Assembly (NCBI GenBank): GCA_964016885.1
Contig: OZ024741.1
Span: 75,950,001-76,014,000, forward strand
DNA: 64,000 nucleotides
Source: Eledone cirrhosa
Lineage: Eukaryota
Reading direction: 5' to 3'
Shown piece after piece: positions 11,946-24,082 of this stretch. The notes under the pieces are model-generated. The model did not search any database. It had not been told where the DNA came from and was given only the letters and a program-made list of their open reading frames with translations. The number at the start of each line of letters is the position of its first letter. The stretch's first letter is position 1. Both the position numbers and the translations under genes were made by a program.

Positions 11946-12380
11946 TCATCCTCATCCTCATCATCATCATCATCATTGTCGTCATTGTTGTTTTAACGTC
12001 TGCTTGCCATGCTATCAAGGGTTGGACTGGTCTACATAGATTGAGTCAGTACTGATGCAGAGCCATTGAACTCCCAGGCAAGCCAGGGATCTGTGTCTTG
12101 CTTTATGTACAATTGACGCTTCACCAAATGCGCAGGAGAGGCTGTCATGTGTTTGACACAACTGAGGGTCCTCCCGACCCGTTTGTTTGGCAAGATTTCT
12201 TCAACTGGATGCCCTTCCAATTACTAACCCTTTTACAGCATATAATGGGTGCAATTATCATGTAGATCATTAAATACTGGGGAAGCTGTCATGTACTTGA
12301 CATGACTGAAGGGTCCTCCCAACCCTTTGTTTGTTTATTCCACATGGCTGAATAGCCTTCCAATCCCCAACTGCTTCACA
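11946..12380 (-). mobile_element. Old RTE-tailed retroposon remnant
   Basis: (CAT)n tail then TTAACGTC..CCATGCTA and CTGGATGCCCTTCC core; internal duplication. Confidence 0.6.
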
Positions 12381-12384
12381 TATA

Positions 12385-13488
12385 TCTACTATATAAATTG
12401 GAAGTGGTCGGACGTTGTATATTTAAGTAAGTAGGTGTAGTCGGATAAACGTCGAAATGGCTTGGTGGAATGCAGCGAAAATTTACAGTTATGCAGAATG
12501 ACCCGAGGAGGCGTTGGGTCGACTTTCAAGCTACAAGCTTCCATGGCTACGGAGAAAATCGATGAAACAGGAATTTCCCATTCAAATTGAACTGAGAGTA
12601 ATCTGTGAACGCAGAAGTCAATATTTCGAGAAACGTTCCAACCGAACGAAAACAGGAAGACGATATTTTGGTTCGTGAAGACGTTCCCTGGCAATGAACG
12701 GGAAAAAAAGCGAGGATAATACGTCGTTATGTGGAACGGAAAGAACAATTTCATGCAAAGACAAGACCAAGTTTATGGTATAAATGGAGTCGTTAGACTA
12801 ATATTCTATTTAACATAACAGAATGATTTCCAGCCCCGGAGTTTAAGAATGATGTAAATAAAATTGAAAACGAAAATGACAGAGGTTATTAAAATAGTAA
12901 AAGTAAATAGTGAAGATTTAGGCCAGTACATACATATGCCCCGACGGACATACACATACATACGCACACACAAATACATCCCCCCCCCCCCCACACACCG
13001 CACACACACACAAATACATACACACACACGCATTCACACACGAGCGCGCGCATGTATAAACCTTATGCATTTCTACAGTATTTTCACCAAACTTAAGACA
13101 TAGGTTACTTATGTACTCCGGATGGTCATGGGCACTTTCATTTTTACAGATATTGATTATAGGGCCTCCCGGCAGATAACCCCCTTTAACCACTTCCTTG
13201 GAGTCGACTGAAGAACTGCAGTGCAATGCAACAAAACGTCATAACTTCTGGAGTTCGCAACCGATTTTCACAAAACTTGACACATGGGCTACGTTTGTCC
13301 TACAGATGAATGTGAACTCTCAGTATTGGCACATATTGAGTAGGGGACCCCTGGGGGCAGGAACTCTCTTTTGGAAAAAGCCGGTGATTTTGTAAAAGTA
13401 TAGTTTTCGAAGTAGCACTGAAGTATTGACATAAATGGTATACAAAACTGCTATTTAATACCTGAGCAACGCCGGGTACCTCTGCTAG
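12385..13488 (+). mobile_element. Non-autonomous Helitron
   Basis: A|TCTACTATATAAA 5' end; 3' CCTGAGCAACGCCGGG hairpin then CTAG|T; no TSD. Confidence 0.8.
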
Positions 13489-13539
13489 TGTATATATATA
13501 CACACACACACGCACACACTCATATATATATGCCCCCAC

Positions 13540-13807
13540 CCTCACACTGTAAAGTGGTCATGTAAGTGTCAATACAAAAAGCGCCCAGTCCACACTGTAA
13601 AGTGGTCATGTAGGCGACACAACAAAAAGTACCCAGTACTCACTGTAAATGAGGTTGGTGTTAGGAAGGGCATCCAGCTGTAGAAACCAAGCCAAACTCA
13701 GTTCTGCTTGAAAAAGATATGGTCACCTGACCTAGCATTGCTCACAATAGGACAACTCGTCTAACCCATGACAGTGTGGAAGAATAGATGTAAAACGGGG
13801 ATGATAA

Positions 13808-13810
<3 letters not shown>
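13540..13810 (+). mobile_element. RTE 3' UTR fragment
   Basis: CACACTGTAAAGTGGTC repeats, GGTGTTAGGAAGGGCATCCAGCTGTAGAAA, (GAT) tail. Confidence 0.75.
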
Positions 13811-13871
<61 letters not shown>

Positions 13872-13917
13872 GACGTAAATAAGAAAGTTATGAAAATTGA
13901 CTTACTTACTAAAATTT

Positions 13918-13997
13918 CACTCCAACTAATTAGTTTCTGTAAGGGGATAAATATAGTTACGTAATAACTATAGAGAAGCCTTACGTCATCAGGGAGT
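13918..13997 (-). ncRNA. Type I hammerhead ribozyme motif
   Basis: ACTCC-CTGATGA-CGTAAGG...CCTTACA-GAAA-CTAATTAG-TT-GGAGT. Confidence 0.75.
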
Positions 13998-14440
13998 ATA
14001 TTCTCAGCTAAGTTTCCAGGCAATGCGGGGACACGGGGAACTTATATAAAAATAATTCAGTGGATGGAAAAAAGCGAGCGGGGCTAGATTCCAAGCCATT
14101 GAGAAATTCACTGCCTTCTTGGTCAAGTGGCAAATTCAAATGAATCTATCACGTGACACTGAGGTTAACCAGCTTGGAGTGGGGGTGCTATCAAGACAGA
14201 GCCTAGCCACTACTATCAGTCACAGTAGTAATTTCGGCAAATTTTGCTCAACAAATAATTTGGAGATAATTATAAAGAATTAATATATCTACCGACATAT
14301 GTATACAGATGCATACCTATGCTAGCAGATATATATGTTTTGTCTTAGTAACTTTGTGGTTCTATGCAGGGGAATGCAGAACAATTATATGAAAGACGTA
14401 AATAAGAGAGTTATGAAAATTGACTTACTTACTAAAATTT

Positions 14441-14520
14441 CACTCCAACTAATTAGTTTCTGTAAGGGGATAAATATAGTTACGTAATAACTATAGAGAA
14501 GCCTTACGTCATCAGGGAGT
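14441..14520 (-). ncRNA. Type I hammerhead ribozyme motif
   Basis: Same motif one period downstream. Confidence 0.75.
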
Positions 14521-14662
14521 CTATTCTCAGCTAAGTTCCAAGAAGGCAGTGAATTTTTCAATGGCTTGGAATCTAGCCCCGCTCGCTTTTTTCCATCCAC
14601 TGAATTATTTTTATATAAGTTCCCAGGGTCCCCGCATTGCCTGGAAACTTAGCTGAGAATAG

Positions 14663-14742
14663 ACTCCCTAATGACGTAAGGCTTCTCTATAGTCATTACG
14701 TAACTATATTTATCCCCTTACAGAAACTAATTAGTTGGAGTG
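14663..14742 (+). ncRNA. Type I hammerhead motif with mutated core (CTAATGA), predicted inactive
   Basis: Same fold; G5-to-A change in the CUGAUGA core. Confidence 0.65.
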
Positions 14743-15185
14743 AAATTTTAGTAAGTAAGTCAATTTTCATAACTTTCTTATTTACGTCTTTCATATAATT
14801 GTTCTGCATTCCCCTGCATAGAACCACAAAGTTATTAAGACAAAACATATATATCTGCTAGCATAGGTATGCATCTGTATACATATGTCGGTAGATATAT
14901 TAATTCTTTATAATTATCTCCAAATTATTTGTTGAGCAAAATTTGCCGAAATTACTACTGTGACTGATAGTAGTGGCTAGGCTCTGTCTTGATAGCACCC
15001 CCACTCCAAGCTGGTTAACCTCAGTGTCACGTGATAGATTCTTTTGAATTTGCCACTTGACCAAGAAGGCAGTGAATTTTTCAATGGCTTGGAATCTAGC
15101 CCCGCTCGTTTTTTTCCATCCACTGAATTATTTTTATATAAGTTCCCAGTGTCCCCGCATTGCCTGGAAACTTAGCTGAGAATAT

Positions 15186-15265
15186 ACTCCCTGATGACGT
15201 AAGGCTTCTCTATAGTTATTACATAACTATATTTATCCCCTTACAGAAACTAATTAGTTGGAGTG
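15186..15265 (+). ncRNA. Type I hammerhead ribozyme motif
   Basis: ACTCC-CTGATGA-CGTAAGG...CCTTACA-GAAA-CTAATTAG-TT-GGAGT. Confidence 0.75.
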
Positions 15266-15426
15266 AAATTTTAGTAAGTAAGTCAATTTTCATAACTTGC
15301 TTATTTACGTCTTTCATATAATTGTTCTGCATTCCCCTGCATAGAACCACAAAGTTACTAAGACAAAACATATATATCTGCTAGCATAGGTATGCATCTG
15401 GATACATATGTCGCTAGATATATTAA

Positions 15427-15501
<75 letters not shown>

Positions 15502-15504
15502 ATT

Positions 15505-16900
15505 TCATCATCATTTCTGTTTAACGTCAATTGTTCCACGTTTGCATGGGTTAGATGGGTCGTCCACGTTGGGAGGCAAGTCTAGCCAGGATTGGTCATG
15601 TGTCGCATGTTGCTCTGGCAAGGACTGTAAATTTGGTTGGGTATTTTACAGCTGGATGCCCTTTTTATCACCAACCACGTTTACAGTGAGAAACTGGAAG
15701 GCACTGTTATGAGGGGGGGGGGGGGACAGGTCAGTTGGCCATGCCGAACCCGTTTCACAACAGAACCATGTTTTCGAAGCTCAATCCAACACACAGTGGA
15801 ACAATAGTTTTGGAGCCCGGTACTGCATGGCACCGATACAAGGACCTTAACCCATCTCACTGCACAGCCACAGTGTTGGGGCCTGGTACTAAGTGACACC
15901 TCTATGAGGAAGGACAGGTGTGGAACCACAGTTTGGGAGCCTGGCGTTGGATAGTACCACTATGCGAAGGAACCAGTGATACCACAATGAAAGGGACAGG
16001 CCAGTTGGCCACACCAAACCCTTATCACGGCAATGCCTCAGTTTTAGAGCCGGACACTCTCCACATGTCGGGCACTTCTCAATGCAAAACTGGACTCTGG
16101 CAGCCTGTGATTAGATGGCACTGCTATGAGGAGGGACAGGCTAGTTGGCTGTGTCAAACCCTTCACACAGCCGACCCTCAGTTCAAGTATTGGATGCGCG
16201 TGACTCCACTATGAGGAGAGACAGGCCAGTTGGCCACACCAAACCCATCTAACAGCAGAACCACAGTTTTGGAGCCCGGCACTGGTGACACCATGATGAG
16301 AAGGGACTGGCCAGTTGGCTGCACCGAACCCCTCTTATAGTGGCACACCAGTTTCGGACATGGCCCTCCCCATGCGACGGATACTTCTCAATACGAAACT
16401 GGAGAACCACAACATGTGACGCTACCACGTGACGAACCCTTCTCAGGACGAAATCCCCCTGGGGGGTGGGGGGGGTTCTGGCGTTGGATGGCACCATTAT
16501 GTGAAGAAGTCAGTTGGAGCCCAGTACTAGATGGCACCGATACCGATACCGATACTAGATGTGCCGAACCCACCACACAGCGTAACCACAGTTGAGGAGC
16601 CCGATACTCAATGACACCACTATGAGGAAGGATAGATGCAGGACCGGAGTATAGGAGCCTGACACACAGCAGGAACACACGATCTCACTTGACCTACCTT
16701 TCAGCATCCCTACGTTGATGGTTACCACTCTGAAGTCACGGGTGGGGCATACAGCTTTCCTGGTGGTGGGTGATATCTTTGTGCCAGTTATTTTTGCCCA
16801 GTTTGGCATTTGCATCATGACTGGTCAACGCTATTTGCATGTGTTAGTGGTTGTTAAATTAACAATATGGTTGTTTTTGTGGGGAGGGGGTTATTAAGAT
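15505..16900 (-). mobile_element. Internally deleted (bipartite) RTE derivative: 5' region + APE start + degenerate tandem repeats + RTE 3' tail
   Basis: FRVVTINVGMLKGRSSEIV at about 16680-16740 (compare LRAGTINVSTMKGRAGEIV at 33.8 kb); repeated GACAGGCCAGTTGGCCACACC..GGAGCCCGG units; RTE tail at 15505-15690. Confidence 0.65.
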
Positions 16901-17284
16901 TAGAAGATGGTTGCCTCCGTGGATGTGAAGGTGTGTGTGTAATGTGGTTAGGTTTATATGGAGGTTTTGTTTTTTATTGAACTTTGTTTCAATGGAGCGT
17001 GGGGGAGGGCAGGTGGTAAAACTGTCTACAATAATTGAGACGCTTTTTTTGGCTATGGACTACACGTGTTATGATTAAAATATTCTAAATAACTATTTAC
17101 TTAAGCAATATGACAAAAATAATATGACAAAATAAACATACAAAAATAATTATTCAGTATTGACAAAATAAATATATAAATATGTATATATATCTTCATC
17201 ATCATCATTTAATGTCTATCTTCCGCAGTAGCATGAGTTAGATGGGTTTGTCCCACTTGAGGCAAGATTGGTTGATTTCATTCC

Positions 17285-19293
17285 GCTGAGGAAGAAGTGG
17301 CGGAATAGTGTTCTGAACACAGAACCAGACAGGAGAGGTACACAGTAGAAGTGAGGAACAGGTTCAGTGCTCTGTGTGGAGAGGCAGAGGAGAGAGAGAT
17401 TGTAGTGACTGAGGAGAGTGTGACGAGGAGGTCCGGGTACTTCATCAATGCAGTGGCAGAAGCAAGTGTGACCCTGGTGCTGAGGAGAGAGAAGAGGAAG
17501 ACTATCAGCTCTGCAGATCCAAAATTGTGTGCAGCCAGAGAATACCTGAAAGGTGGAGGCACTATTAGAGAAGATCAGAAGTGTGGAGAGAGCGGTTGAC
17601 AGGCCTAGGTGTAAAGAGAGCTGGACCATCATCAACAAGATCACAGGGAGGAAGAGAGGGAGTTCGAGTCAGATCCAGGGAACAGGGCCCGAGGATAGGA
17701 AGAAGAAATGGCTGGACCATTTTAAAACCATACTAGGAGAGCCACCTTCCACAGCCCAGAACACTGGGGAGATGAAGCAGCTGTTTGAGGAACTGAATAT
17801 TGAGACAGGGCCTTTCGCCAGAGAGGAGCTTCAGAGAACCAAGAAGAAGATCAAGGAGGGCAAGGCCCATGGAGAAGATGGAGTGGCATCAGAGGTGATG
17901 AAGAGGTGTGATTTTGATGACATCATCCTGGAGTGCGGTAACCAGGCACTGGAAAAGGAGTTGCACCGAATCAATGGAGGATCAGTAACATCGTCCCAGT
18001 GCCAAAGAAGGGAGATCTCTCTAACACCAACAACTACAGGGGGATCTCACTGATGTCACTTGTGGCAAAGACCCTCAACAGGATGATTTGTAACAGGATC
18101 CAGTTCAAGATGGAGAATAAGCTCAGGGACAACCAGAAAGGCTTCAGAGAGGGAAGATCAACTACCAGTCACATCCTGATGCTGAGGAGGATATTAGAGG
18201 GAGCTAGAGCAAAGGGCCTTCCTGTTGCCATGGTTTTCATTGACTTTAAGAAGGCCTTTGATTCTGTGGACCGTCACTGCCTGATGAAGATCTTATGGGC
18301 TTATGGAATTCCCAAGAAGATAGTGGACCTGATATCACTGCTCTACACCAACACCAAAGCCCAATTCATTACACCTGATGGGATGACGGAGTTCTTTGAG
18401 ATACTGGCTGGAGTGCTCCAGGGAGATACATTGGCTCCCTACCTTTTTATCATCGCAGTGGACTATTGTATGTGCTTTGCACTGGAGAAACACCAGGACT
18501 CTTGCTTTACTGTAGCACTGGCTCAGAGCAGGAGAGTTAAGGTTAAAAAGATATCGGATGCTGAATTTGCTGGCATAGTTCTGATGAAAAATACAGTGAA
18601 GGAGGCAGAGGAGTTGATGAGAGGGGTGGAGACTGTGTCGATGAGTGAGGGGCTAGGAATGAATGAGATTAAGACAAAGTATCTGGTAGAGAACATTAAA
18701 AAGCCAGAGATTTTTATGAATGTAGGCAGGAAGCCGCTACAGTTGGTTGAGGACTTCCTGTATCTGGGAGCAAAGATTGGGAACACAGAGGGAGATGTGG
18801 TTGAGAGGAAGAGCAATGCCTGGGTGGCGTGCCACAGTTTGAGATCGGTGTGGAAGTCGGACCTGAAGATCCGTCTCTTCGTTGCTACAGTGGAGTCTGG
18901 GCTACTGTACGGTTCTGAGACTTGGACACTGACCAAGAAACTCACTCAGATGGTGGATGGATGCTACACGAGAATGCTGAGGATGGCTCTGAACATTAAT
19001 CAGTATACACTGAGGATGAAGAACTCAGAGCTGTATGGGAGCCTCCCAAGAGTCAGCTCGAAAGTAACACAGAGGAGACTGCGGTGAGCTGGACATGCTC
19101 ACCGACATTCGGAGTTGACACTGCATTCAGTGCTCCCGTGGACATACTAGAAGAGGGAGACCGAGGTTGACATATATTGATACCCTAAGGCCAGACACTG
19201 GTCACTGGGAGACACAGGACATGGCCGCGATGATGAAGGACAGAGATCGCTGGAGAGAACTCGTCCATGGATCTCGGGAATATTATCCGCCCT
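17285..19293 (+). mobile_element. Second RTE-group LINE family, 5'-truncated, RT largely open (17999-19087)
   Basis: PKKGDLS..NYRGISL, QKGFREGRST, FIDFKKAFDSV, GVLQGDTLAPYLF, LLYGSETWTL, RGRPR-type end. Confidence 0.9.
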
Positions 19294-19394
19294 AGATATA
19301 TTTATGTATTTATTGCTGCGGAGGTTGCAGCAATAAATACATAAATATGAATTAAGAGAGACGAGGCTGTGTGGTTACTGATAACGAGTGTTAG

Positions 19395-19762
19395 AAAATT
19401 AAGGAAACACAAACAAGAGATAGACATTTTCCTCTTACCACTTCCATTCCCTTCATCTCTCTCTCTCTCTTTACGCTGTTCTCATTGAGAATAGACGTAT
19501 TCATCTTAGCTCTCTCGCTGTTAATAAGGCCCTTGGGTTTAAACCCAATTACCTTTTTTTAAAACTTTGTCTCTCTCTCTCCTTGATTACTTACTTACAT
19601 GTGCCATTGTCCTGTGTTTCTCCCTTCTATCGGTATGTTTGATAATAAGTTATGGACACGCTACGGATAGATGTATTGTCTATAATGCGCTGAAACATCC
19701 ATGACCCGTACCCAACTGCTGAAGGGAAAATGTCTATCTCTTGTTTGTGTTCCCTTAATTTT
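19395..19762. repeat. Element bounded by 38-bp inverted repeats
   Basis: 19395-19432 is the reverse complement of 19725-19762 with one mismatch. Confidence 0.8.
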
Positions 19763-19775
19763 GGAACAATATATA

Positions 19776-20066
19776 CAGGGTGTGGAGGATATTTGTTCGC
19801 AAGATTACTGTCTAGGAAAAAGTAACACAGTAGTTTTATTTTTTAAGATATATTTATCAAACTTGGGTCAGTTTGTCTTCATGACTTGTTCTTTCGATCT
19901 CATTCGATAAACCCGCCATTGGCTTTCATGACGGCCTCAAGGCAGCCTCGGAACCAGCTACAGGCCTTCGTCACTGTCCCCCGACTTAGGCCCCTAAAGG
20001 CACTTGTGATCCTGGCCTTCAGATCATCTTTTGTATTGCATCTAGATCTGTTGGTGTCTCGTTCCA
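19776..20066 (-). mobile_element. Tc1/mariner-superfamily right end (transposase C-terminus + TIR)
   Basis: Minus-strand translation ERDTNRSRCNTKDDLKARI..KACSWFRGCLEAVMKANGGFIE* (stop at 19900-19902); TA|CAGGGTG terminus. Confidence 0.8.
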
Positions 20067-20067
20067 T

Positions 20068-21499
20068 TGTATGCAATTTGGTATTAGTAAGTGTGCAGTC
20101 CTTGTGATGAAGAGGGGTAAATTGAGCAGAAGCAACGGAATCCAGGTACCAACAGGTGAGATGATAAAGGAAATTGACACTGAAGAAGGATACAAGTATT
20201 TGGGTGTTCTGGAGGCTGATGACATCAAGAACAAAAGAATGAAGGAATTGATAAGATCTGAATACATTCGGAGAGTAAGGAGCGTATTAAAGTCACATCT
20301 GAACAGTAGGAATGCCATAAGTGCAGTAAATTCCCGAGCTGTGTCTATTATTAGGTACAGTGCGGGAATTCTGAGATGGAATGTTGCTGAACAAAAAGAA
20401 ATGGATAGGAAGACTAGGAAGCTATTGACTATCTACAACATGTTCCACAAGAGGAGTGATGTCGATAGACTCTACTTAAGGAGATCTGAAGGTGGAAGAG
20501 GTCTTATCAGCATAGAGGACTGTGTTCAGATGGAGAAAAACAACCTACACAAATACGTGACTGATAGTAAGGAGCCAATGCTCAGAACTGTACTGAAGGA
20601 GAGGACAATAGACCAGTGGATGTCCAAGGAGGAAATAACAACAAGGAGAAAGAGCAGCCTTCAGGAAAAATCCCTTCATAGTACCTTCTTTGAGAAAACT
20701 GAATTCAGAGATCCACAGACATGGAACTGGTTGAAAAGAGGAGACCTTAAAAAGGCTACAGAAGGAATGCTAATGGCTGCGCAAGAGCAGGCCCTCAAAA
20801 CGAAGTGGTTGAAACACCATATTTACAAGGAGGAGGCTAGCCCACTGTGCAGGATCTGTGGAGAGAGAGAGAGGAGAATGTGGCCCACATTGTATCCGAG
20901 TGTAAACACCTAGCCCAGACTCACTATAAGGGCTGGAGACATGATGTGATGGGCAGGGTGATCCACTGGCACCTATGCAAAGTAAACAATTTACCACATT
21001 CTGAGAAGTGGTATGAGCATAAGCCAGAATCGGTGATAGAAAACGATCAGGTGAAGGTGCTGTGGGATATTAGGATACAGACAGACAAGAAACTGGAACA
21101 CAATAGACCTGACCTGGTGGTTTTGGACAAGGAAAAAAGATCGTGCCTGATTTTGAATGTGGCCTGCCCATTCGACACGAGAGTGCAAGAGAAGGAGAGG
21201 GAGAAAATTAACCGATACCAGGACTTAAAGTGGGAGGTAAAAAGGATTTGGAACTGCCATGAAGTCAAAGTGGTCCCGATTGTCATAGGCGCACTAGGTA
21301 CTATCTCAAAAATTTTCCAGGGATGGTTAAAGAAAATTGGCCCCGCCCCGCTTTTTGGAACACTTCAAAAGGCATGCTTGCTGGGAACAGCAAGAACCCT
21401 CTGATACGTCCTGAATATCTGAGGCTGCAGGTAGTGGCTTGATATTCATTTCAACAAACTTCCCAGTTAACTAACATCAATGACTGAGACTCAAAGAAC

Positions 21500-21529
<30 letters not shown>
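20068..21529 (+). mobile_element. R4/Dong-like non-LTR element with restriction-like endonuclease, 5'-truncated
   Basis: YKYLG, RLYLRRSEGGRGL, CRIC..HIVSEC zinc knuckle, HNRPDLVV..ACP..KINRYQDL PD-(D/E)xK-type domain; (TAA)n tail; frameshift in an (AG)n run near 20870. Confidence 0.9.
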
Positions 21530-21530
<1 letters not shown>

Positions 21531-22633
21531 GAAAGACATTTACTTTAACCCATCCCTATTTATTTTATTATACGTATTTCAAAGATACAAGGCTTATGTA
21601 TAACATAAGCCAAAACATGTTCTTTTCAGATAAAATCCACAGATGTAGAAATCATTTGATATGCAGGCGGTCAGACGAGCTGTTCAGATCCGTAGCTGGT
21701 AAGCAGAAGATATTATATGAGTGGGAGAAATATTACAGTTGAACTGGCAAGATTATGATGATACCGGATTGGTAAAAAAAAAGCAAAACAAAAACAAATA
21801 TTGACCGTTAGTCTATTTATTTATAACTTATGTTAGATTAAATTAGATACTGTACTAAAAATATATTCAAAGATGCTAAAGTAATAATCTATATATATAA
21901 AGCTGTGGTTGTCTGTCTGTCTATCGATTTTTGGCACACATCTCCTCTTAGAATCTCTGACGGAATTGCACCGAAATTGCTATACTTGTACATTGAGCCC
22001 TAGCGAAGACATCGGAAAAAAAATATTTCAAATTGACCCACCCTATGTGACGAAATTGAATCTAATGTATCGATTTTTGAGCGTAAGTGACGAGTTATTT
22101 CCCTTTGTTTTGTTTACATTGAGCGTCTTACGTTGTTTTTCTCTGCGTTGCAGTGTTTACATTTTCGATCTTTGTTAATAAATAACCAGTGCAGTTTTTA
22201 TCCCCAGCATCCTATTTTGTTATAACATTCGGGTTATCGTTATGTTTTCTTAACTTCATAAGGCATATTGTTGGTTGAGGGAATATTAATCAAAAACACC
22301 ACATGCAAGTCTGCACAGTAGACACTACAGTTTTTAAGCCAAAAAAGAAACTTAACATTGTAACTTTAACACAGCTACTGAGCGACCCCGAGCAACGCCG
22401 GGCTTTACTGCTAGTGTAACTATATAATAGTTTATAAATGACTAATATCAAAACAATTTATGTTACTTTATGTATACAATTTAATTTAGCAGATATTATG
22501 AGAGTGGAAAAAAAAATTTAACAATTGGCATTGCTATATTAATAACTGGCTTATGTTATACATAAGCCTTGCATCTTTGAAATACATATAGTAAAATAAA
22601 TAGGGATGCATTAAAGTAACTGTCTTTCATTTA
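21526..22633. repeat. Old inverted-repeat (foldback/MITE-like) element with about 87-bp arms, interrupted by a Helitron
   Basis: 21526-21612 is an imperfect reverse complement of 22547-22633. Confidence 0.7.
21888..22414 (+). mobile_element. Non-autonomous Helitron
   Basis: A|TCTATATATATAAA, (GTCT)n, 3' CCCGAGCAACGCCGGG hairpin and CTAG|T. Confidence 0.82.
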
Positions 22634-22734
22634 TTATTATTATAATAAAACTCTGGTTAAACATATACCGTTGAGTGCTTGACATCTGTTATATAAAAGT
22701 CAGCTGCTTCTAAATCAACTAACTCTTTTTCATT

Positions 22735-22770
<36 letters not shown>

Positions 22771-22941
22771 TATATGCAAAGTTTTATTTAAATTGTTGGG
22801 TTACAACGAGTAAATATTTATAACTGATATAAAAGCACTCAACAACCATACCGAGAACAATTGTTTCACTTTACCAGATCCCAACTCATCCCATGGACTG
22901 AGTGCTCTACCACTACGGATATTACCTTCTAGTGTTCTACC

Positions 22942-23054
<113 letters not shown>

Positions 23055-23056
23055 GT

Positions 23057-23091
<35 letters not shown>

Positions 23092-23194
23092 TATACATAT
23101 CATCATCATCATCATCATCATCTTCGTTTAACGTCCATTTTCCACGCTAGCATGGGTTAGACGGGAGTTGTCCCACTTGAGGCAAGGCTGGTCG

Positions 23195-23250
<56 letters not shown>

Positions 23251-23256
23251 ATTATG

Positions 23257-23312
<56 letters not shown>

Positions 23313-23325
23313 TAGAAATAGATAT

Positions 23326-24082
23326 ATTATGCTGATTGGGAGAGGAGATGGTGTATATATTTTATCAAATGATTCTATGGACATACTTTATTGTATATTG
23401 CTCTGATTGTTGATTATTTAATTAATTAATTCCTCATTGAGCCACATCGTGAATGGTCGCAAAAAACACATATATATATCTATCTATGACTTTGTCTAGT
23501 TTGTGTATATATAAATCTTGATAATCTCCCATATGGTTGAGATGCAATTTAGGCAGTATTTGGCTGCGCTTTCTAGAAACAAGCCCACTCGCCGCAAGGC
23601 ACCAATCACATTCTTTCTGACTTGACCACGTCACAGTTCTTAGCCATTTTGAATTCGTTTCTAGCGGGGATCATTTAAGAAAAATCTTCGTCCAAGTGAG
23701 TTTGTTTCCTGATGATTTCGAAACTCGTGAATTTATCCTTGATCGGATATTTCCAAAATGCGAATGAAACTCCATGGGGTAGAAACATAATTTTGGTATG
23801 CTTATATACATTTTTTCTTCTAACTTTGATTTTATACCTAATTGTGTATGGTTGACGATATATTTAATTGATTTCCACGTGCTATTAGAAATGGTGGGTA
23901 AATATTCTATAGTTGTTGATCGCGGATAGATAGCTGTCGCTTATTTATCTATTATTTCTTCATAGGTGCCTTTTAATCTTATAGCCTGGTTTAATTGTTT
24001 TTTTGTGTGGTTGATTATGCTGATTGGGAGAGGAGATGGTGTATATATTTTATCAAATGATTCTATGGACATACTTTATTGT
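23326..24082 (+). mobile_element. 688-bp non-coding unit with 69-bp terminal redundancy and a hammerhead motif (retrozyme-like 1.1-mer)
   Basis: 23326-23394 repeated at 24014-24082; TA-rich microsatellite flanks; no credible ORF. Confidence 0.78.
23703..23787 (+). ncRNA. Type I hammerhead ribozyme motif
   Basis: TGTTTC-CTGATGA-TTTCG...CGAAT-GAAA-CTCCATGGGG-TA-GAAACA; stem I TGTTTC/GAAACA, quasi-palindromic stem III, GUA cleavage triplet. Confidence 0.75.

Larger units (their letters stand above)
13866..15430. mobile_element. Tandem plus inverted array of a 523-bp hammerhead-containing non-coding unit
   Basis: Period 523 (13868/14391 and 14663/15186); orientation flips at about 14538-14540; (TA)n on both flanks. 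Confidence 0.9.
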
